Below are positions 59,553 to 64,000 of a stretch of 64,000 bases of DNA, one piece after another (positions within the stretch are counted from its first letter, which is position 1; the number at the start of each line of letters is the position of its first letter). The translations under genes and the position numbers were made by a program. The stretch comes from Promethearchaeota archaeon (GTDB lineage Archaea > Asgardarchaeota > Lokiarchaeia > Sigyniarchaeales > SOKP01): NCBI GenBank assembly GCA_016839555.1, contig JAEOUA010000003.1, positions 128,001 through 192,000 of the forward strand, in the 5' to 3' direction. The notes beneath the pieces were generated by a model. It saw only the letters and a list, made by a program, of their open reading frames with translations, was not told the origin of the DNA and ran no database searches.

Positions 59553-60647
59553 ATGAAGATTTATACAACTAATAATACATATAAAAATAATAGCAAAAGA
59601 GCGGGGTTTAAAAAAAGATCTATAAACCTTCGAAAGATCTTTTTGCCCTTGTTTACTGGGGCTATTATTCTTATTATATATTTCTATACTTCGGAAGGAT
59701 GTGGTTCGATATCGACTCCATTCGTTAATGAAGCACATTTTTCTTTCCAATTTAATATAACTTTACTTATATTTGTTTTTTTTTCATTTTTAGCTGGCCC
59801 TTATCAAGGAGGTATTACAGGCTTTTTTGGTGAATATTTATACCAAATTGTAAATTACGAGTTTATTCATATTGATTGGTGTATTATTGTAGCCTTATTA
59901 GGAATCTTATCAGGAATATATAAATATGAACCATTAAAATATAAAAATAAATTAAAAATATTCTACACCTTTTTAATATTATTCATTTCTTCAATTATCA
60001 TTAGCTTTATAGTTATAATATTCAAAGTTCTCTTATCCTCAAGCTTAACGCTCGTATCTATTTTGTTATACTTTGGATTTAAATTTTTTCTCCAAGCACA
60101 ACTTACAATAGTATATATTGTTCCATTTCTTCTATTGATATATGATAAAGGGCTTGCTAATAAAGAAAAGTTCATCTATAATATTGCGCTTACTCATCAT
60201 CCCATAACTCAGAGTGATCATACTTTTTATTTTAAATTTGGCAGAACATATATATTTTTTTGCTCTAGATGTTCAGGTGTAATAATTGGTGGGTTAATGA
60301 TGAGTTTCATTTTCGATGTTGTCGAAAAAGTTTATCCCTTCATAATAAGTCCCGAAGTAGCAGTGATTTTTTGCATTGTCCTCCCAATTCCGGGTATAAT
60401 TGATTGGGGAACCCAAACATTAGGGTTACGAAAAAGCTCTACCGAATCTAGATTATTTACGGGATTTATTATTGGATCTGCTTTATATATACTTACCTTT
60501 ACTCAAGAATATTATTTACTTATGATAATACTAATAATCTTTTATTTTTCCATCGTAGGCCTATTAATGTTTATTGGGAATAGGAGACAGATGAAAAAAG
60601 AAGAAAAGAGTAAATATAATTTCCATAAGAGAAATTTCGATGACTAA
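59553..60647 (+). CDS. Membrane protein, ECF S-component-like plus DUF2085-like
   Basis: AGP..G...GF.G (S-component-like); H..TF...CSRC.G, P..IDW.TQ and R..TG...G (DUF2085-like). Confidence 0.65.
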   Translation: MKIYTTNNTYKNNSKRAGFKKRSINLRKIFLPLFTGAIILIIYFYTSEGCGSISTPFVNEAHFSFQFNITLLIFVFFSFLAGPYQGGITGFFGEYLYQIVNYEFIHIDWCIIVALLGILSGIYKYEPLKYKNKLKIFYTFLILFISSIIISFIVIIFKVLLSSSLTLVSILLYFGFKFFLQAQLTIVYIVPFLLLIYDKGLANKEKFIYNIALTHHPITQSDHTFYFKFGRTYIFFCSRCSGVIIGGLMMSFIFDVVEKVYPFIISPEVAVIFCIVLPIPGIIDWGTQTLGLRKSSTESRLFTGFIIGSALYILTFTQEYYLLMIILIIFYFSIVGLLMFIGNRRQMKKEEKSKYNFHKRNFDD

Positions 60648-61155
60648 TAAAAATATTATTTTTATTCATGGTTTGGAATCATCAGGACATGGATTTAAGG
60701 GAAATTTATTCCGAGAGCGAATCCCTGCTATTTTAACTCCTGATTTTCGGCCATATTCTCCGGAATTTTCTTACCAAGAATTATTGAAAGATCGAATGGG
60801 AGAATTGATTGGGATTCTAGAAAAAGGAGAGCATTGGAGAATAATAGGTTCCTCTTTTGGTGGTTTGATGGCTACTTTATATTGCTTAAAATATCCGAGA
60901 AAAGTATACAAATTAATTTTACTAGCACCTTTTCTAGCTGTACCAGAATTAGATCCCTCTAAATATGAAAAAGTAAATGTGCCGATAATAGTATTTCATG
61001 GAAAAAATGATAGAGTTATCCCAATCAAAAAAACTAAACCTCGAGCAGAAGCATTATTTAATAATTTAGAATATAATATTGTTGATGACGATCATATGCT
61101 TCATCCAACCACAGAATCTATCAATTGGTTGGAAATATTAGAATTAGAAAAATAG
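60640..61155 (+). CDS. Small alpha/beta hydrolase (YqiA-like esterase)
   Basis: FIHGLES, GSSFGG, HG..D and DDH. Confidence 0.85.
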   Translation: MTNKNIIFIHGLESSGHGFKGNLFRERIPAILTPDFRPYSPEFSYQELLKDRMGELIGILEKGEHWRIIGSSFGGLMATLYCLKYPRKVYKLILLAPFLAVPELDPSKYEKVNVPIIVFHGKNDRVIPIKKTKPRAEALFNNLEYNIVDDDHMLHPTTESINWLEILELEK

Positions 61156-61379
61156 AAGTATCAAAAATTCAATCAACTCTTCAATTGACCTAAAATAATA
61201 ATTGGACTCCAATTTTTTTATAGAGCTTAATATTCTTTAATTTATTGTAATAAATTACTACAATAATAAGTAGCAAAATTGAAGTTCTATTGAAAATGCT
61301 ATGAAAAAAAGAAACTAAATAGAAAAAAAATATAAATCATATAATAAAATTAAATTATAGGAATAAATTGTTGTAAAAA

Positions 61380-63056
61380 ATGACTCGAAAAAAATATATC
61401 TGTTCGGAATGTGGTAATATTTTTAATGAAGAATTGGGTCTATTAATTGAAAATAATATACAAGTATTTTGCGAAAAGTGTGGTGCTCCATTCACTCTTG
61501 AGAGTTCTGAACTTTTACAAAAAGAATTCAAGCCAATAAAAGAACCATCTGAAAGAAAACGAGTTTCCAAAAAAGAGAAAGAGAAGAAAGCTAAAAAAGA
61601 AAGAGAACGAAAAGAAATAGATCACTCCAAATTAAATGGAACAATTAAAGTATTTAATAAATTTGCTTATATTCCAATCTTAATTTTTGGGATTGTGTCA
61701 TTAATATTAATCTCTGAATGTTTTGCCAATCCTGAACAATTTACTATTCTTTTTATAAGACATTTTACTGCTGGTATAGCTGCATTAAGTATTGCTATTT
61801 ATGATAATAGATTTATTTCAAAAAAAATCAAAGAAGGTAAACATAATGATGTTGTATTGGATGCATTTTGTATGGGTATATTAGGATGTATTACTTTCGG
61901 ATTAGGGGTTCTCATATTGATAAAAGGTGTATTAATAATAATTTATGTATTTCTAAATGAAAATAACGAGGAACGAAGTTTTTACAAAAAGGGATTATCA
62001 ATGAAAAATTCTTTTTGTAATTTCTCTTCAAAAGCAGGTTATATTATAATAGTATTAGTTTTTAACGGCTTTTATAGCGGAAGAATTAAAGTGAATGAAA
62101 TACCAGTTTTGACATATATAAAAAACTTACCACATATTTCTATCGCTTTTCCTTATTTTATTGCTTTTTGCATATTCTTTTCTATGGCTCTTATTAGTCT
62201 TATCATAAATTCTTTGATAACCCACAAAATCTATTATAGACAGAAATTTGATACCAAACATGGCATATCATTAATAATATTAGGTATCTTAGCCGTTATG
62301 TTCTATGGTGCAGGAATATTTATGCTTTTAGAAGGAGCTTTATTGATAATGTTGCGGATTATAACTCCAGAAGAATATGAAGAAAAACCAATAATTGTCA
62401 AAGAAAGAGAAGAGGTCTCTAAGCTAAAAATAGAAGAAAAAGAACCTCAAATAGAACTTCCTCCGATTCCTTTTACGGAAAGAACAGAAGAGAAAGAAAA
62501 ACTCGAAGAGGGAAAAGAAGAGTTTAGAGAAAAAAAAATAATTGAAAAACCAGTTTCACAACCTCCTTTTACTGCACAAATTGAGAAACAAGATATATCT
62601 GAAGAAATTAAAGAAGAAATTATTAAAATAAAGGATGAAGAAATAGAAGGAATAAGTGAAGAAAAAAAAGAAGAAGAACTAGAATTAAAGCTCCATGAAT
62701 CTCTTTTACCTGTTAAAAATAAAAAAGATAAAAAATTGGTAAAAGAATATTTTTCAAAGATTTTTACTTTGCTCTCTAAAGAAATTAGAGAAAAAATAAA
62801 AGATTTAGATATATCGAAAAATGAAAGGAAAGAAATTCTAAAAGAGCTAGCTTTTCTCAGTAAGGAACAACAAATAAAATATATTAATGCTCTAATCTAT
62901 CTATATAAAGAAGAAATCCCACAACAATTAATCGACCGGATAAAAAATCTTAAAAATGTAAAACCCGAGCATTTCGAAAAATTAGTAGATCAATTAAAAT
63001 ATATGGATACTCAAGAACAAGAACAATTTATTCAATTTTTAGAAAAATTTGCATAA
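61380..63056 (+). CDS. Zn-ribbon membrane protein with charged C-terminal region
   Basis: CSEC..CEKC, about eight TM segments, Glu/Lys-rich linker. Confidence 0.75.
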   Translation: MTRKKYICSECGNIFNEELGLLIENNIQVFCEKCGAPFTLESSELLQKEFKPIKEPSERKRVSKKEKEKKAKKERERKEIDHSKLNGTIKVFNKFAYIPILIFGIVSLILISECFANPEQFTILFIRHFTAGIAALSIAIYDNRFISKKIKEGKHNDVVLDAFCMGILGCITFGLGVLILIKGVLIIIYVFLNENNEERSFYKKGLSMKNSFCNFSSKAGYIIIVLVFNGFYSGRIKVNEIPVLTYIKNLPHISIAFPYFIAFCIFFSMALISLIINSLITHKIYYRQKFDTKHGISLIILGILAVMFYGAGIFMLLEGALLIMLRIITPEEYEEKPIIVKEREEVSKLKIEEKEPQIELPPIPFTERTEEKEKLEEGKEEFREKKIIEKPVSQPPFTAQIEKQDISEEIKEEIIKIKDEEIEGISEEKKEEELELKLHESLLPVKNKKDKKLVKEYFSKIFTLLSKEIREKIKDLDISKNERKEILKELAFLSKEQQIKYINALIYLYKEEIPQQLIDRIKNLKNVKPEHFEKLVDQLKYMDTQEQEQFIQFLEKFA

Positions 63057-63070
63057 TGATTTGATTTCAA

Positions 63071-63952
63071 ATGTCCCTCGAAAAACGTAAAGATACTAAG
63101 GAAAAAGAAGAGGAATCAATATTAAAGGATAGCTCATTCAGGGTAAATGACTTTACTCCATTACAGTTGAAAAAAGCAGCTAAAAAAGTGGAACCTCCTG
63201 TTGAAAAATTATCCGAAATCGAAAAAGATGTATTAGAAATTGCTAAAGAAGTTTTAAAATTAAAAAGATTCGATACGGAGTTTGAAATCAAAACTCAAAC
63301 CCAAATCCAAAAATATCCTATTATTGAGAAACTATATGCTACATGCATATCAAAACTTGCTTATAATAAGGGATACAGTAAAGAAGATATCTTTTTAGCA
63401 ATAAGAAGCTTAGAAGATAAGAATTGGATTGTCACTAATGAACGACGAACTAAGTTAGAAGTATTAAAAAATGAAAAATTAGCGGCTGTATTAGAATTCA
63501 TACGGAAATATCCTGGAGTACACGGAAGAGATGAAAAAATAGAAGAAGAACTTGGGATCACGCGAACTCCCTTCTTGAAGCATGTTATGACTTTAGAGAA
63601 TTTCGAATTAATAAGATCAAAAAAAATAGGAAGACGATTGCATTATTTTGTAAAAGAAGTTGATGAAAATTTTGATGAATATAAAGCCCTTTTCTTTAAT
63701 CCATTAATTCCTCAAATTATCGAAGAATTTTTCAATGAAGAAACGGTTTCCATTACCGAAATTTCTGAAACTTTGGATGTATATCCTGGAACCATAAATT
63801 ATCATTTGAAGAAATTGAAAAATTTAGATATTATCAAAACCATTAAGAATAAAGAAGGGAAAAAAATGCACTTGGTAAATGTTGATCTTCTAAAGAAATA
63901 TAACGAAATATTTAAGGAACCAAATTTCTCTAACCTTCTCAACGGATTATAG
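63071..63952 (+). CDS. Multi-winged-helix DNA-binding protein
   Basis: FIRKYPG, H...LE...LI.S.K.GR and EISE.L.V...TINYHLKKL..L.II. Confidence 0.8.
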   Translation: MSLEKRKDTKEKEEESILKDSSFRVNDFTPLQLKKAAKKVEPPVEKLSEIEKDVLEIAKEVLKLKRFDTEFEIKTQTQIQKYPIIEKLYATCISKLAYNKGYSKEDIFLAIRSLEDKNWIVTNERRTKLEVLKNEKLAAVLEFIRKYPGVHGRDEKIEEELGITRTPFLKHVMTLENFELIRSKKIGRRLHYFVKEVDENFDEYKALFFNPLIPQIIEEFFNEETVSITEISETLDVYPGTINYHLKKLKNLDIIKTIKNKEGKKMHLVNVDLLKKYNEIFKEPNFSNLLNGL

Positions 63953-64000
63953 AGTTTAATTAATTTAATTTATATAATCTTTATTTAAATTATTCATAAT

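Noticed and set aside
1-64000. tRNA, rRNA, SECIS elements or selenoproteins
   Set aside because: No GC-rich cloverleaf or rRNA-like segment and no convincing in-frame TGA readthrough seen by eye; a covariance search would be needed to exclude them.

Overview
AT-rich archaeal chromosomal window, most consistent with an Asgard archaeon of the Lokiarchaeia type (inferred from four Rab-like small GTPases, roadblock and longin proteins, a GG-terminated ubiquitin-like protein, LRR proteins and archaeal information genes). Core genes: aIF-1A, spt5, rpoN, rpl7ae, rps28e, bud32, kae1, rps27ae, rps24e, DUF359, spt4, rpoE1 and tfb. There are two accessory blocks. (1) About 2.4-15 kb, between aIF-1A and spt5: an LRR protein, a HEPN-like gene, a 1346-aa Ser/Thr kinase fusion, and a divergent TFB/cyclin-fold plus AbrB module. 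(2) About 26-44.7 kb, between rpoE1 and spt4, which are normally adjacent in archaea. Block 2 holds the best candidate novel system, a co-oriented eight-gene run: Dna2-like Fe-S nuclease/SF1B helicase, Mre11, Rad50-A, small ORF, Rad50-B (degenerate ABC signature), small ORF, MoxR AAA+ and a vWA protein, with no herA/nurA in the window. Other signals: four genes that appear to start at AUU 6 nt after a Shine-Dalgarno motif, PIP-box-like tails, an 80-bp duplicated upstream region, and a structured intergenic RNA candidate. I recognised no tRNA, rRNA, CRISPR array, integrase or transposase. All assignments come from reading motifs by eye; no database searches were run.
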